This document shows, piece by piece, positions 1 through 11,794 of a stretch of 64,000 nucleotides of DNA. Position 1 is the stretch's first letter. Every line of letters begins with the position of its first letter. The stretch is from Marsupella aquatica (lineage: Eukaryota; Plantae; Marchantiophyta). The position numbers and the translations under genes were made by a program. The notes beneath the pieces were generated by a model, which worked only from the letters and a program-made list of their open reading frames with translations, did no database searches and was not told the DNA's origin. The stretch is from the NCBI GenBank assembly GCA_973895155.1, contig OZ316892.1, positions 5,488,476-5,552,475 on the forward strand, given 5' to 3'.

Positions 1-2
1 AA

Positions 3-3000
3 CTCATCGCGAAGACCAGAGTCGACATCACTATCGAGGAACTGTTCCAGTTAGCACCACAGTGCAAGGAAGCAGTAATGAGACGGTTGGGAGGCAGAAT
101 TAGTCCTACCACATTACCCGGAGTACCACTGTACCAAGCTGGGAAGATTCCCCTAATCGACAAAGGAGCCGTAGTACAGATCAGCGTAAGGGGCATCAAA
201 CTAAAGAACGTATTGCTGGATGGAGGGTCAGCCGTAAACCTCATGAGTGAGCAGACCTACAGACTGCTAGGCAGAGTCAAACTCTTACCAGCCCCTTTTA
301 ATTTAATAATGGCCGATCAAAGCAGCTGTCACCCACTGGGTTACGTGCCAGACTTACCAATGCTGATTTCAGGCATCAAGTACAATTTAGGAGTGGTAGT
401 TTTGAGAGAAGCAGATTCCACCCGAGGACAACCCATGTTGTTAGGATGACCTTGGCTAAGACAGGCCAAAGTAAAACAACACTGGGGGGAAGAGAAGGAT
501 TATATAAAAATAGAACACGGAGGAGAGACTTTCAAGATCAGAACCAAGGCTATTGAGGATGGTGTACCACCTATGGCCAGAGTCTGTACCTTGAACTGGG
601 CAGAGGGGTTGAATGAGGATGAAGAAGAGACCTATTTAAAATGCCATCTAGACTTAGTCCCAATTTCAGATATGGAAATAGTCAAGCTCGACGAGATGCA
701 AGGAATGACCAAAGAAAAAATGGATCATGATCTACGAAACGATCTGTTTAAACACATAGACCCGCAAGGCATTCAGGAGTGCTCATTAAAGGAGGAAGAA
801 GCACAGACCACCTTGCAGGATCTAGCAGAGAAAGTGGTGGGATGGAGTGCCACCGAGGAAGAGCACATTCAGAAGGTCGATTTGAGTGACACTGAACGAC
901 CACGAGAAGTAAAGATAGGGAAACACCTTTCCCCCGAGCTCAAAGAGGAACTTGTTACCCTACTCGCCGAATTCCGAGATGTTTTTGCCTGGGATTACAC
1001 GGAGTTAAAGGGAGTTCCAGAGTCAATTGGCGTACATCGAATCCGACTCATACCAGGATCAGTACCGGTGCAGACACAACGATATAGGATGAACCCCAAC
1101 TATGCGGAAAAGGTAAAAGAAGAAATCCAAAGGCTCCTTGATGCCAAATTCATTGAACCTGTTAAGCGTTATACGTGGCTATCCCCAATAGTCGTAGTAC
1201 CTAAGAAAAATGGGAAGTTAAGAGTCTGCATTGATTTCAGAAAATTAAACGCAGCGACCATAAAAGACCCTTTCCCGGTACCCTTTCTAGACGCAGTTCT
1301 GGATGTGGTAGCAGGAAAGTCAACTTATTCATTTTTAGATGGGTACAGTGGGTACAGTCAGGTCCGGTTAGCAACAGAAGCAAGGGAGCTAACCACTTTC
1401 ATTACGGAATGGGGCGCTTTCCAGTGTCTCGTATTACCCTTTGGATTATGCAATGGGCCTAGTACATTCCAGCGATTAATGATGATGTTATTTCATGAGT
1501 ATTTGAATCAGTTTATGCAAATCTTCCTAGATGACTTCACCATATACGGAGAGGAAGAGCAACATATAGGTCATCTCAGATTATGCCTCTTAAGATGTAG
1601 GGAAGGGGGAGTCAGCCTGAACCCTGATAAGTGCACCTTCTTTGTACCATCGGGCAGGATATTAGGACACATAGTCTGTAAACAGGGCTTGTTAGTAGAC
1701 CAAGATAAGATAAAAATCATTAAAGAGATGCCAGTTCCCAATAGTGCAACCCAAGTCAGAAGGTTCCTGGGAAGTGGAGGTTTTTACCGTCGTTACATCA
1801 AGGGGTACTCCCAAATCAGTGCCCCGTTGGCACGATTAACGGATAACCATCAAACGTTCACTTGGGACGACGACTATCAAAACGCGTTTGAAGAAATCAA
1901 AGACCGGTTGTGCCATGCACCCATACTCAAGGAGCCAGATTGGAAGAGGGAGTTCCATCTACATACAGATGCTTCTCTGGTGGCGGTGGGGGCAGTGTTA
2001 GCACAGAAGGGAGAACAAGGTATCGATTTACCAGTATACTATGCCAGTAGACTGTTAAACGTGCATGAAAGGAACTACACCACGACTGAGAGGGAAGCAT
2101 TAGCCATGATATTTGTAGTAAAGAAATTTAGGCATTATTTACTTGGGAATCGATTCATATTCTATGTAGATCATAATGCCTTGGTCAACTTAGTAAACAA
2201 ACCACAGCTGTCGGGCCAAATTGCAAGATGGATTTTGTTATTAGCTGAGTTTGATTACACCATCATTTATAAACCCGGGAAAACCCATGTCATACCCGAT
2301 TATTTGAGTAGACTCGAATCAAGAGAGACAGGCAAGGAAGAAGACGATCAATTACCGGATATGGAGCTATTTCAAGACGCCAAGGAAAGGCATCCTGTAA
2401 ATCTAGTGACCTTGGATGACAAACCAGCATTAGAAAGGTATTTACGCACAGCGGTATTCCCCGAGGGGTTGTCCAGTAAGGAAAGGAAGGTCTACGCCTG
2501 TAAGGCAAGGCCCTAAATCTTGATCAACCACGTGCTTTATTACCAGGGGCCCGATGACATACTACGTAGAGTAGTTCCGGAGGAAGAACGGCCAGAAGCC
2601 TTAATCGCGGCACATGAAGGACTAGGAGGGGGACATTTCGGCACCGAGATCACCCTGAGGAAGATTCTTCAGCAAGGACGTTGGTGGGCAACTGTCCATA
2701 AAGACACTCGGGAGTTTGTAAAAACTTGCGACCTGTGTCAGCGTACAGGACCTATAAAGGAAAACATGGAGTTCAGGCCTATAATCGCCCCTTATATTTT
2801 TCAGAAATGGGGACTAGATTTCATAGGACCCATCACTCCATCTTCCAGATATAGTCAGAACCAGTATATTTTAGCAGCAACAGAATATACCACAAAATGG
2901 GTGGAAGCAATCGCAACTCGGGAGAACACTGCCCGAGTAACAGCCAAGTTCTTGTACCAGAACATCATCACGAGATACGGATTACCAGGTGAGCTAGTGA

Positions 3001-4406
3001 GCGATCAAGGTTCACATTTTCTGAACAAGGTTATCCAGGAACTAACGGATAATTACCATATAAGCCATCGGTTTTCGACTCCCTATTACCCTCAGTGTAA
3101 CGGGCAAGCGGAGTCAACAAACAAAGTCTTACTCAACGTTTTACGGAAAGTGGTTAACAAACAGCAAAACGATTGGGACGTTCAGCTGCCGGCGGCAGTA
3201 TGGGCATTCCGCATGGCATATAAGGTAACCACGGGCCACACCCCTTTTCAATTAATGTTTGGAGTTGAGGCCCGTATGCCGACAGACTACAAATTACCTA
3301 GTTTGCAAATCACAGCGGGATACGACATAAATCAGAACCCGTGTTTAACTAGACGATTAAAAGCACTACTGGAGGTTACCAAAACCCGGAGAAGGGCTGA
3401 AGAGCGATTAGAGTATGTACAAGGACAACGCAAGCAACAAATAGACGATCAACGGGAGGTAACCACGTTCACGGAAGGGGAATTAGTACTGTGGTGCCGA
3501 AAGCGGGCACGAATAAAAAAAGGAAAGTTGAGACTTAAATGGGAAGGACCCTTTACCGTCCTCAAGCCGTGGGGAAACGGAACCTTCAAAATTACCAGCC
3601 AGGATGGGAGCGAGCAACAGCGGGTGAACGGGAATAAGATGAAGTCGTACCATGTAAGGAACGACGTGTACTTACGAGAAGTAGAGGATACAGTTAACGA
3701 CTACCCAGGGGAAAGCGAAGTCGGCAACGACTCCGATACGGTACCGGCGCTCAATGAGGACGACGACAGCTATCAACTGCCGACAGCACCACCTAACGAG
3801 AGTCAAGCGGATGGAGAAGGGTACGAGCTACCCACTAGAATGGTAGCCTGTATCGGCGTGACCCCCGATCAAGCATCTACGGAAGCCACCGGAGGGGCAC
3901 TCACCGCCAAGAACAAGGAACGACCCTTAGCACACGCAAAGAAGTTAGTCGCGACCACCACACGTGACACACTATGACGAGAAGAAAGCACCAATGAACA
4001 AGGACGAGAACTAACGATCAAGGGGTACCCGTTAGAGGATTACGTGAACGGAACCATCCCATCAAACGAACCAACAGAATCAGGTCAAATCAAGTCAGTG
4101 GTTCTAGCGGCGGAGGACCTATCTGAAATCTTTCAGATCCACGATTGGAAGCACAAAGTACCCAAAGGCCAGGAAGAGAGGAGGAGAAGGTTTCCTTATA
4201 GAGTAGTAATCGTAGGATGTACACACGGACCCTTTTCCACATGGATTGCAGATCGGATTTTGATAGGACCCAACTCGATACCCTGTATTGAGAACTACTC
4301 CACGGGAAAATTACATGTTATACTAGAAGTCCAGGATACACTAGAATCCAAAGGGCGAGCACCATCATCCGCAAAAGAACTGTTAAACCAAAAACCCTAT
4401 TTCTGA
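3..4406 (+). pseudogene. Gypsy pol (protease-RT-RNaseH-integrase plus extension) with in-frame stops
   Basis: ORFs 78-449, 573-2516, 2520-3977 and 4044-4406 share one frame and are separated only by single stops (TGA 447, TAA 2514, TGA 3975, TGA 4404). Confidence 0.92.
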
Positions 4407-4457
4407 CTGGCAAGGAGATTACGAGAGAACCCCGAGGGGAGTGGCTATCAGCACGAG

Positions 4458-7184
4458 GTGAAATTTGAATGCTCGAGGGTCGGTAATAGGCATTACACAT
4501 TACCGGTGGGCATGAAGACTTTGAAGCTGAAACGATCAAACGAGTTTGAGGACGATAAACCGAGGAAGCGCGTTACTATCAGCAAACTACTCGAAACCCC
4601 GGTGATGGAGGAGACACCAGCCCCCACGCACACAGAGGGAGAAGGGCCGACAACAGCAGAGGGCATGGAGCTGGAAGTTTCCGAGTCAACGGAAAGGGAA
4701 AGGAGCAACCCCGAAGATGATCAAGAGATCGTGAGTCAGGGACCTTCAGCGGCTGACCATCTCTCGGAAACTACAGCCAAAAGGGAAGGGCAGGGGCCCG
4801 CCGAGGAGCCAACCCTAGAGACACAAACCGAATCAGTAATCGAGGCACCAACGGAGCAAGCGGCCGAGCAGACAGAAGAACAAGGGGGAAACCAGCTGAA
4901 CAAACTTCAACAAGAAGGGAGGCGGAAGCTGACCATGGCAGAATTGTTAGCCAACCCGGATCCCACGGAAGCGATCACGACGGTCACCACAGCGATATTT
5001 GAGGAAACGACTCCTTCTAGGACCAAGAGGAACCGCAAGGGGACAGCCAAAATGATTAAACTTGAGCCGCCAACGATGAGGGAGGTGCGATCCGTAAGGG
5101 GAAAGATCAAAATAGTTGAATCCGAGGAGGAAGAACCGGAAGAATCTGACAGTGAAGAAGAAGAAGAACCAGTAGAAGAAGCAAAAAGTAGGACCGGGAA
5201 GTCGACGCGCGCCGCAAAGGCAAGTCCAGGGGAAACAAGTCATGTTTTGAAATTTGAGAGAATGGGGCCACAGATATTGCAAACTATGCGCGGACAAGCA
5301 CACAGGAAATTTCTACAGACACAAGGATTGGAGAAATTCGTGAAACTAAAGTGGAATCAAACCACGAAGCTACAAGCAGAGGACTACAGCGAGTTCATCA
5401 CCACGTGGAAACCCACCAAAAATCAGGGAATATGTAGGGGCCAAGTCATTAAGACGAATCCTCGGAAGCTTCAGGAGCTTTTCAAACTGCCAAAGCAAGG
5501 AGCGGAGATCAAGAAATGGATGGGGAAAACTTGGCAACCTGCCACATTTCCACAACACAAGGACGTAGACGACAACAGGGGCTATCCGACCAAGCATTGC
5601 ACGGATGAGAAAATCAAGGAAAGGCTCGAATTTGTAACCCATGCATTACATTGGAAGAGGCCCAGATCAGAATATCCTCGATTTATGATTAAAATTGTAG
5701 AGGAGGGAGACGGGAAGCAAAAGGATTGGTCGGCCTTTTTCCACAAAGGGTTCCATGCAGCCATCAAGCGAGCAAAACGATTAATCAGCAGTAAAAGCAA
5801 CCTGCCAGTAGAGATCGAGTCACATCTCCAAGTGCTAATCGGGAGTCAGCTTACAGGGGAAGACAGGGGAAAAACAAAATCAGCAGCTACCATTTACCAA
5901 CCAACGAGGAGTGAGGGAGCCAAGAAGCAGAAGGGCACCCTGCCAGAAGAGGAAGCAGCCAACAAAGAGCAAGAGGGGGACGCATCACCAGTGCGCACCA
6001 CCAGGAGGAAAGAAACCAATCCAACACCGACCAAGGAGTCAGAATCAGAGGGTCAAGAACCAGCGGAGGAAGACAAAATGCGAGCAAAAACCAAGGCTTA
6101 TAGGACAGCGCCCATTGATGACGACGACCTCAAGTACGCCCTCTCAACCGTAAAAGAAGGTGATGAACAACAATTACGGGAGAAGCTGGGGATCGAAGTA
6201 TTGAAAGAGAAGATCAACACAGTGCAAAAAGATAGCATCTTTACAATCATGATCGGACAAATCGCCAGTCAATTAGCCATTTATCAGGGAATAACGAGTT
6301 CGCTAGTACACTTGGAGTGGAACAAGCGAGAAGAAGAAATCGCCGAGGACTTAGCCGGGAAGGAGGAGGCAGATAAATGGGCAGTGGAGGCCGAGGAGAC
6401 CATCAAGGAGTTACTAAATCGTAACAAAGAGCTAATAGCAGATAGGGATCGACTGACAACCATAGGAAGAGGCTGGAGGCATGAGGAGGCAGCCACGCAG
6501 GAATTGGCTGATTACCTAGGGATAGAAGGGTTACGTCCAGGGGGACTAACGACAAATTACCAGGAGGTTGTCATGGCCATCGGAGCAGCCATAGCCATAG
6601 TCAAAGCAGATAGCCAAAAGATCAATTCACAGCTAAGGGAGGATAATGAGAAACTCAAGGAAATAGAAGAATTGCAATCGCAACTCAAGGATGAAGCAGC
6701 AAAGCAACGCAGAACAGCCAGGGAATGGGCAGTGGAACGCCAGAGGGTGGAGGAATTGAAGAAAAAGCTCCAGGGTCTGGAAACCCAACTCCAGCAAACC
6801 ACCGCAGTCAAGGATTCCAAAGGGGACCCCACGGAGGATCTGAACAAACAAGCCCTACTGGAGGAGCAACTAGGGAAGCTCGGACGAAAACACTATGAAG
6901 TATCAGAGAGTTGGAGAATCACAGAAGATGACTATAAGCGGAAAATTGCTGAGTTAGAAGCCACTGTGAAGCTACAGGGCACTGGAGAGGAGAGTATCAC
7001 TAAACAGACCAAGGAACTCAAGCAATTGAGGGCAGAGAACGATCAGCTTTCGCAAGAACTGGAAGATAGGGAACGATCAATTTTGGATTTAAAATCCGAA
7101 GTGAGGAAGCTGAAGGCACAGAGCAGAGTTCCGATAACTCCAACCAGGACGACCAATGTTAGCGAGGGTAGGGGAGTGAAGTAG
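4458..7184 (+). CDS. Gypsy accessory ORF: acidic/disordered N-terminus, Athila-ORF2/Transposase_32-like domain, long C-terminal coiled coil
   Basis: 908 open codons in the pol frame; EFITTW...RGQVIKTNPRKLQELFKLP resembles the EF..N...RG..I.......LP signature of Athila-type accessory proteins; heptad-rich E/K/Q/L C-terminus. Confidence 0.7.
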   Translation: MKFECSRVGNRHYTLPVGMKTLKLKRSNEFEDDKPRKRVTISKLLETPVMEETPAPTHTEGEGPTTAEGMELEVSESTERERSNPEDDQEIVSQGPSAADHLSETTAKREGQGPAEEPTLETQTESVIEAPTEQAAEQTEEQGGNQLNKLQQEGRRKLTMAELLANPDPTEAITTVTTAIFEETTPSRTKRNRKGTAKMIKLEPPTMREVRSVRGKIKIVESEEEEPEESDSEEEEEPVEEAKSRTGKSTRAAKASPGETSHVLKFERMGPQILQTMRGQAHRKFLQTQGLEKFVKLKWNQTTKLQAEDYSEFITTWKPTKNQGICRGQVIKTNPRKLQELFKLPKQGAEIKKWMGKTWQPATFPQHKDVDDNRGYPTKHCTDEKIKERLEFVTHALHWKRPRSEYPRFMIKIVEEGDGKQKDWSAFFHKGFHAAIKRAKRLISSKSNLPVEIESHLQVLIGSQLTGEDRGKTKSAATIYQPTRSEGAKKQKGTLPEEEAANKEQEGDASPVRTTRRKETNPTPTKESESEGQEPAEEDKMRAKTKAYRTAPIDDDDLKYALSTVKEGDEQQLREKLGIEVLKEKINTVQKDSIFTIMIGQIASQLAIYQGITSSLVHLEWNKREEEIAEDLAGKEEADKWAVEAEETIKELLNRNKELIADRDRLTTIGRGWRHEEAATQELADYLGIEGLRPGGLTTNYQEVVMAIGAAIAIVKADSQKINSQLREDNEKLKEIEELQSQLKDEAAKQRRTAREWAVERQRVEELKKKLQGLETQLQQTTAVKDSKGDPTEDLNKQALLEEQLGKLGRKHYEVSESWRITEDDYKRKIAELEATVKLQGTGEESITKQTKELKQLRAENDQLSQELEDRERSILDLKSEVRKLKAQSRVPITPTRTTNVSEGRGVK

Positions 7185-7387
7185 ACCGGTGACGACTTGT
7201 CCCCAACGTGTACCAAGCATAACGGATATCGAGGACGAATCCGTAGGTAAGCAAAGGAGAATGTAAATGATAAAAATTACACCGGCGATATTATAGTTTT
7301 TTTAAGGTTTAGAAGTGTCAACTAGAGGTCAACCAAGATTATTTAGGAAGTAGTAAGCAAGGACCAGCGGTTATTCATTTTGTTGAG

Positions 7388-7993
7388 ATGACAGAAAGGC
7401 TGGAAGTAGGGGAGGCGACCATCATCTCGATTAACGGTCGTGTAGGAGTCAAGTTCTGCTATGAAGGCTGCGATGGCCTACTAGCAGATGGCAGAGTATG
7501 TGCCTTAGGCACAAGAGCTCGACAGAAAAGGCAAGGGGGGGCAGATATAGGAACCCCCGTTAGCAGGAATCGGTTAGCTCATGAGTGTAAGTCGCTAGGC
7601 GAAGGAGTGCCTATGTTCATGTTCACTATTCGGATCAAAGAAGGAAGCTGTCGTGTATGGGATGCGGCTAGGCAACAATTGTTCGGAATGAAGGGCGAAG
7701 AGTTCCGCCAACGATTCACCACCGGTGAGGCCATTGAGGAACTCTGCAGAAAGGTCATGCGGAAGAAATGGAATCTGCTGCTAAGACGGGAGAACAACCA
7801 CGATCAGCGGATTACGTGGCGATTAATCACCACCGAACAAGTAATCGTGGCCGGCGAACCGAGCAACCCCAAGGAAGATGACAGAAGTCAGGAGGTCGAG
7901 GCACATATGGCAAGATTAACAATCGGGAGTCCGGAAGCTTCCGGATCAGGCGCAACCGAAGGGAATCGAGGAGGCCGTTGCCCAGTTCAGTAA
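7388..7993 (+). CDS. RPA70 C-terminal (DBD-C, zinc-ribbon OB-fold)-like protein carried by the Gypsy element
   Basis: ATI...KFCYEGC..(9)..C...HEC...PMFMFTIRIKE..CRVWDAARQQLFGMKGEEF...IEELCRKVMRKKWNLLLR parallels RPA1 DBD-C (ATI..NFCYxAC..C.K..C..C..RYILQ..I.D..VTAF.E..E.IMG.SA..L..F..I..KV.F..Y.FKLK). Intact 201 aa with ATG. Confidence 0.7.
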   Translation: MTERLEVGEATIISINGRVGVKFCYEGCDGLLADGRVCALGTRARQKRQGGADIGTPVSRNRLAHECKSLGEGVPMFMFTIRIKEGSCRVWDAARQQLFGMKGEEFRQRFTTGEAIEELCRKVMRKKWNLLLRRENNHDQRITWRLITTEQVIVAGEPSNPKEDDRSQEVEAHMARLTIGSPEASGSGATEGNRGGRCPVQ

Positions 7994-8391
7994 CCAGGAA
8001 GACAGAACTTCTTGACATAGTAATCAGCAGTTCTTGGCTTCCACTCATCGTTCTGGTAGGCATTAGTTAGCGTTCTTGGTGAATGAGCGGAGGAGAGCAA
8101 AGAGGAGGCGCGAGTCGCCCAATTGTAATCGGCGCACCCCAAGAAGTAGTAGAGGCCTCGGGCGAAGATAGACGCGGGGTAAAGGTATTTAGGGGCTTTG
8201 AAGTACTAGTCACGGTGTCACTTTTTGCTAGAAGTCTGGGGCAAGGTAGGGCTCTGCTCACCTTAGGAATGCCAGCAATTTTGTAATAGTGTCCCTACTC
8301 AGTTGAGTAGTCTTTGAGTATAAAGAGAGAGTTTGGAATGAATGCAACAGAGTGAAGTCCGCACTTGAGCAGTGAATGAGAACATCGAATC

Positions 8392-8412
8392 AGAGAGAGA
8401 GAGAGAGAGAGA
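8392..8412 (+). repeat. (GA)n microsatellite in the LTR
   Basis: About 10 AG/GA units seen directly. Confidence 0.9.
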
Positions 8413-9128
8413 AGGAATTTGCCTTATGCAGCAAGTCGTTACTCGTTAATCGCAACAATGAATGAATATCGTCTCATTGCGAACCAGAACCTTACGGGCC
8501 AGCGCCTCAAGGTATAGGTTGAACAGACAGCTAGTGAGAAGCGGTGTCTGGTTGGAGATAGTGTGTTTTGAAGGCGATACACTGGTCGTCATACACCTCC
8601 ATCATACAAGGGTAAACGTGATACTGGGGTACTTGCTTAGGGTAACCCTGTCATAGTCACCCACACAATCCGAAAATCAATTGCCAGGCAGGCTGATTCA
8701 AAGGACAGCCGGACTTAATCAGGTCACGGCTACTACAAACCATGAACGCAAACAACAGTGACGACAAGTCTTGCTCCTTGATTACCTTAAGATCACTGGA
8801 ACTGTGGATCTGTTCTATCGGCACCCATCTTATTTCCCGTCAGTTACTATACGAGAACATTCCGATTTGCTTGATCACTTACCGCGAGTGGTGTGGGTTC
8901 ATTGAGATTGTGTATAGAGAGGGGTTAGTGTTGGCCGAGGCTGAAGTGCCTGAGAAGTGGAAGACGGAACTCGACATTCAAGAGCACTTGGTCGGATTCA
9001 CTTACGGGGACTGTGTCGAGATAGAAGGAGTGCCGTCTCTCGAAGGTCGGTTAATCGTTTAAACAAGATTATTGAGGAGAAGGTAGTTAAACGGCCATTA
9101 ATCGCAAGGTCGAAGTTGGCATTTAACA

Positions 9129-11480
9129 GTCCTTCATCTTAAATTTTGCACTAAGCAGTGCCTTGAGCTTAACAATCTCAGACCTATCCTTGGCTGCAAT
9201 TAGCATGTCATCCACATAAAGTACTAAAACAATGAACCCAAAGACAGCATTCTTCACCGGTTTAAGATACACACATGGGTCAAACACACTCCTGTGAAAG
9301 CCTTGTGATAGACTTATTCCACTGTCTTGGTGACTGCTTCAACCCGTACAAGGATCTCAGCAATCTGCAAACCAAATCCTCTTGCCCTTTCTTCACAAAA
9401 CCTAGCGGCTGTCTCATGAAGATCACCTCTTCCAAGGTGCCATAGAGGAAAGCTGTGACAACATCCATCTGATCTAGCAGCAGACCAAACATAACAACAA
9501 GCACACACAATAGCCGTATTGTTGAGTACTTAGCAATTGGTGAGAAAACCTCATTGTAATCCACACCTTTTTCTTGTGTGAATCCCTTGGCTACCAACCT
9601 AGCCTTGTAGACCTTCGATCCACCTCCTGTGGACTGATCCTTCAGCTTGTATATCCACTTGCTGTCCACCACTTGCTGTCCCTTAGGCAGCTTGACAAGC
9701 TCCCAAGTTTTATTGTCCTTCAGTGGTTGCATCTCCGTTTGCATTGCTGCAGTCCACTCCTGCTTCTCCTTTGAAGCCCTTGCTTCATGAAATGAAGAAG
9801 GTTTACCTTCTTCCAAAATCAACACATCACCCTCATCGTCAGTAACAAAATCCTCCTCTTGCAATTGAGATGAATCAACTCACTGTCCATACCTTGGTGG
9901 AGCGCGTACAGTGCGACCAGATGCTCTTCTAGCCGATGACTCCGGTTGATCTGCGTGTGCTGGTATAATTTGAAGCTCAACAACATCCACTTGCTGCTCA
10001 CTAGCATCAACAAACTCCTCTGGTTCCTCTGGCACACGAACCAGCTCCATAATTGGAGCAACTCCTTCTCTCCGGTCATGCACCTCATAACCAATCTCCC
10101 CCTCAACGAGATCCGGGATAGGAGATTTTCCTTTGTCAGTACGGGAGACCTGAGTATTCTCCCCTTCCTTCAATAATTTGGATTCATTGAAGGAAACATC
10201 CCTACTGATAACGAGCTTACAGGCAATAGGATCCCATAGCCTATAGGCTTTCACACCACTCTAGTACCCAAGAAAAACACATTTCTTGGAGGTAGGATCC
10301 AACTTGGTCCTATTCTACTTCGGCGTGAGAGCATATGCATCACTTCCAAAAACTACCAAGCCATGATAGTCTGCTTGCCGCTTATAGCGCATCTCAAACG
10401 GCGTTTTGAAATTGATAGCACTAGAAGGAGAAAGATTTACCAAATAAGCTGCGGTATTGATAGCTTCTGCCCAAAATTCTTGTGGTAAACCTGATTGGCT
10501 CAACATACTCCGTGACCATTCCAACAGTGTCTGATTGAGCCTCTCAACGACACCATTCTGCTGCGGAGTATAAACTATGGTGAGATGGCGAGTTATTCCC
10601 TATTCTGAACAGTACTCTTCAAATTCCATTGAAATGTACTCCCCGCCGTTGTCTGACCTCAAACTCTTCACCCTTGTATCCAAACACTTGACCGTGTTTC
10701 CAGTCTGATTCTCCACCTGGGCCTTCCACTTCTTAAAAATGGACAAGACATCAGACTTATGCGTCATGAAATAAATCCACACAAATCTTGAATAATCGTC
10801 AATAAATGATACATAGTACAACTTTCCAGAGTGTGAGGGAGTCGGGGATGGACCCCACACGTCACTATGTATGTACTCAAGAACCGCTTTGGAACGATGA
10901 GTTCCAACACCAAAAGCACGACAATGCTGCTTTCCAAGAATGCAATGCTCACAGAACTCTAATTTACAAGATTGTAAATCAGAAATGAGTCCATTCTTCC
11001 GTAAGATAGCCAAACCCTTCTCACTCATGTGGCCTAGCCGTGAATGCCATAGTTGAGTCATCTCCTTGTGAGACTTGGTTACATTGGCCTCTCCACATAC
11101 AGTATTGCCCTGTAACACATACAAATTCTTTTGTCTGCTCCCCTTCAAAATCATTGTCTCTCCCGACTTGACTTGAAGTTCACCATCAATAACGCTCCAT
11201 TGATGACCATTTGAATCCAACACACCGAGTGAAATCAAATTCTTACGCATGCCAGGTACATACCTGACTCCGGACACTGTGCGCACAACGCCATCAAACA
11301 TTTTAATCTTCACAGACCCAATTCCCTCAATTTGACAGGAGTGATCATTTCCCATCAGAACTGAACCGTTTGAAACAGAGTAAGAACTGAAAAACTCACG
11401 AATGTAATAAATATGAAAAGAGCAAGCACAATCAAGAATCCACACATCATCTGCTCTCCTAGATGACGTGCACAGGGCAT
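9129..11480 (-). pseudogene. Copia pol (PR-IN-RT) with stops and frameshifts
   Basis: Fragmented ORFs 10600-11445, 10315-10524, 9880-10254 and 9280-9864, plus the YVDDML segment near 9200. Confidence 0.92.
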
Positions 11481-11483
11481 ACC

Positions 11484-11791
11484 CCCGGCCTCGGGGGTTT
11501 CACTTCCACAAAAATGGCACATCACGTGCGACGAAGGATAGGGTCGTTTTATTGGTTTAAAGGGAAGACTTAAGAATTTTTGTAGAAGAACAATAGGGTC
11601 TTTTAAATTCAATTTTGAGACTTATAAGAACATTAGGGTCTTTCTAACCAAATTTTTGAAATATTCCAAGAATATTCCAACTTTATAGGGGTTGAAAAAT
11701 AATATATTTTTCTTACATTTTAGGGGTCCGAGGCCTAAAAACGTCATAGGGGATGGGGAGGCATCCATATAGTGAGACCCCCGAGCCCCTG
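11484..11791. mobile_element. ~308-bp MITE-like insertion between Copia gag and protease
   Basis: Imperfect 21-bp terminal inverted repeats (CCCGGCCTCGGGGGTTTCACT / AGTGAGACCCCCGAGCCCCTG), AT-rich core, interrupts the gag-pol frame (..LLNDE | YALCTSS..DVWILD). No clear TSD. Confidence 0.65.
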
Positions 11792-11794
11792 GCT

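Larger units (their letters stand above)
1..9128 (+). mobile_element. Ty3/Gypsy LTR retrotransposon (non-chromovirus, Athila/Phygy-like), 5' part outside the window
   Basis: Domain order PR (LLDGGS) - RT (FLDGYSGY, PFGLCNGP, FLDD) - RNase H (TDAS, EREALA, YVDH) - IN (H..H..C..C, WGLDFIGP, SDQG, GQAE, WEGPF); no chromodomain. Ends ...GGCATTTAACA at 9128, exactly where a Copia RT frame is cut. Confidence 0.95.
7177..9128 (+). repeat. Putative 3' LTR of the Gypsy element (~1.9 kb; start uncertain, 7177 or 7262)
   Basis: Polypurine tract GAGGGTAGGGGAG followed by TG at 7177; alternative start TGTAAATG at 7262 resembles the inverse of the terminal CATTTAACA; TATAAA near 8319; CA end at 9128 at the Copia junction. 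The second LTR is not in the window. Confidence 0.55.

Noticed and set aside
4458-7184. Retroviral env gene
   Set aside because: No signal peptide or convincing transmembrane helix; composition is charged coiled-coil.
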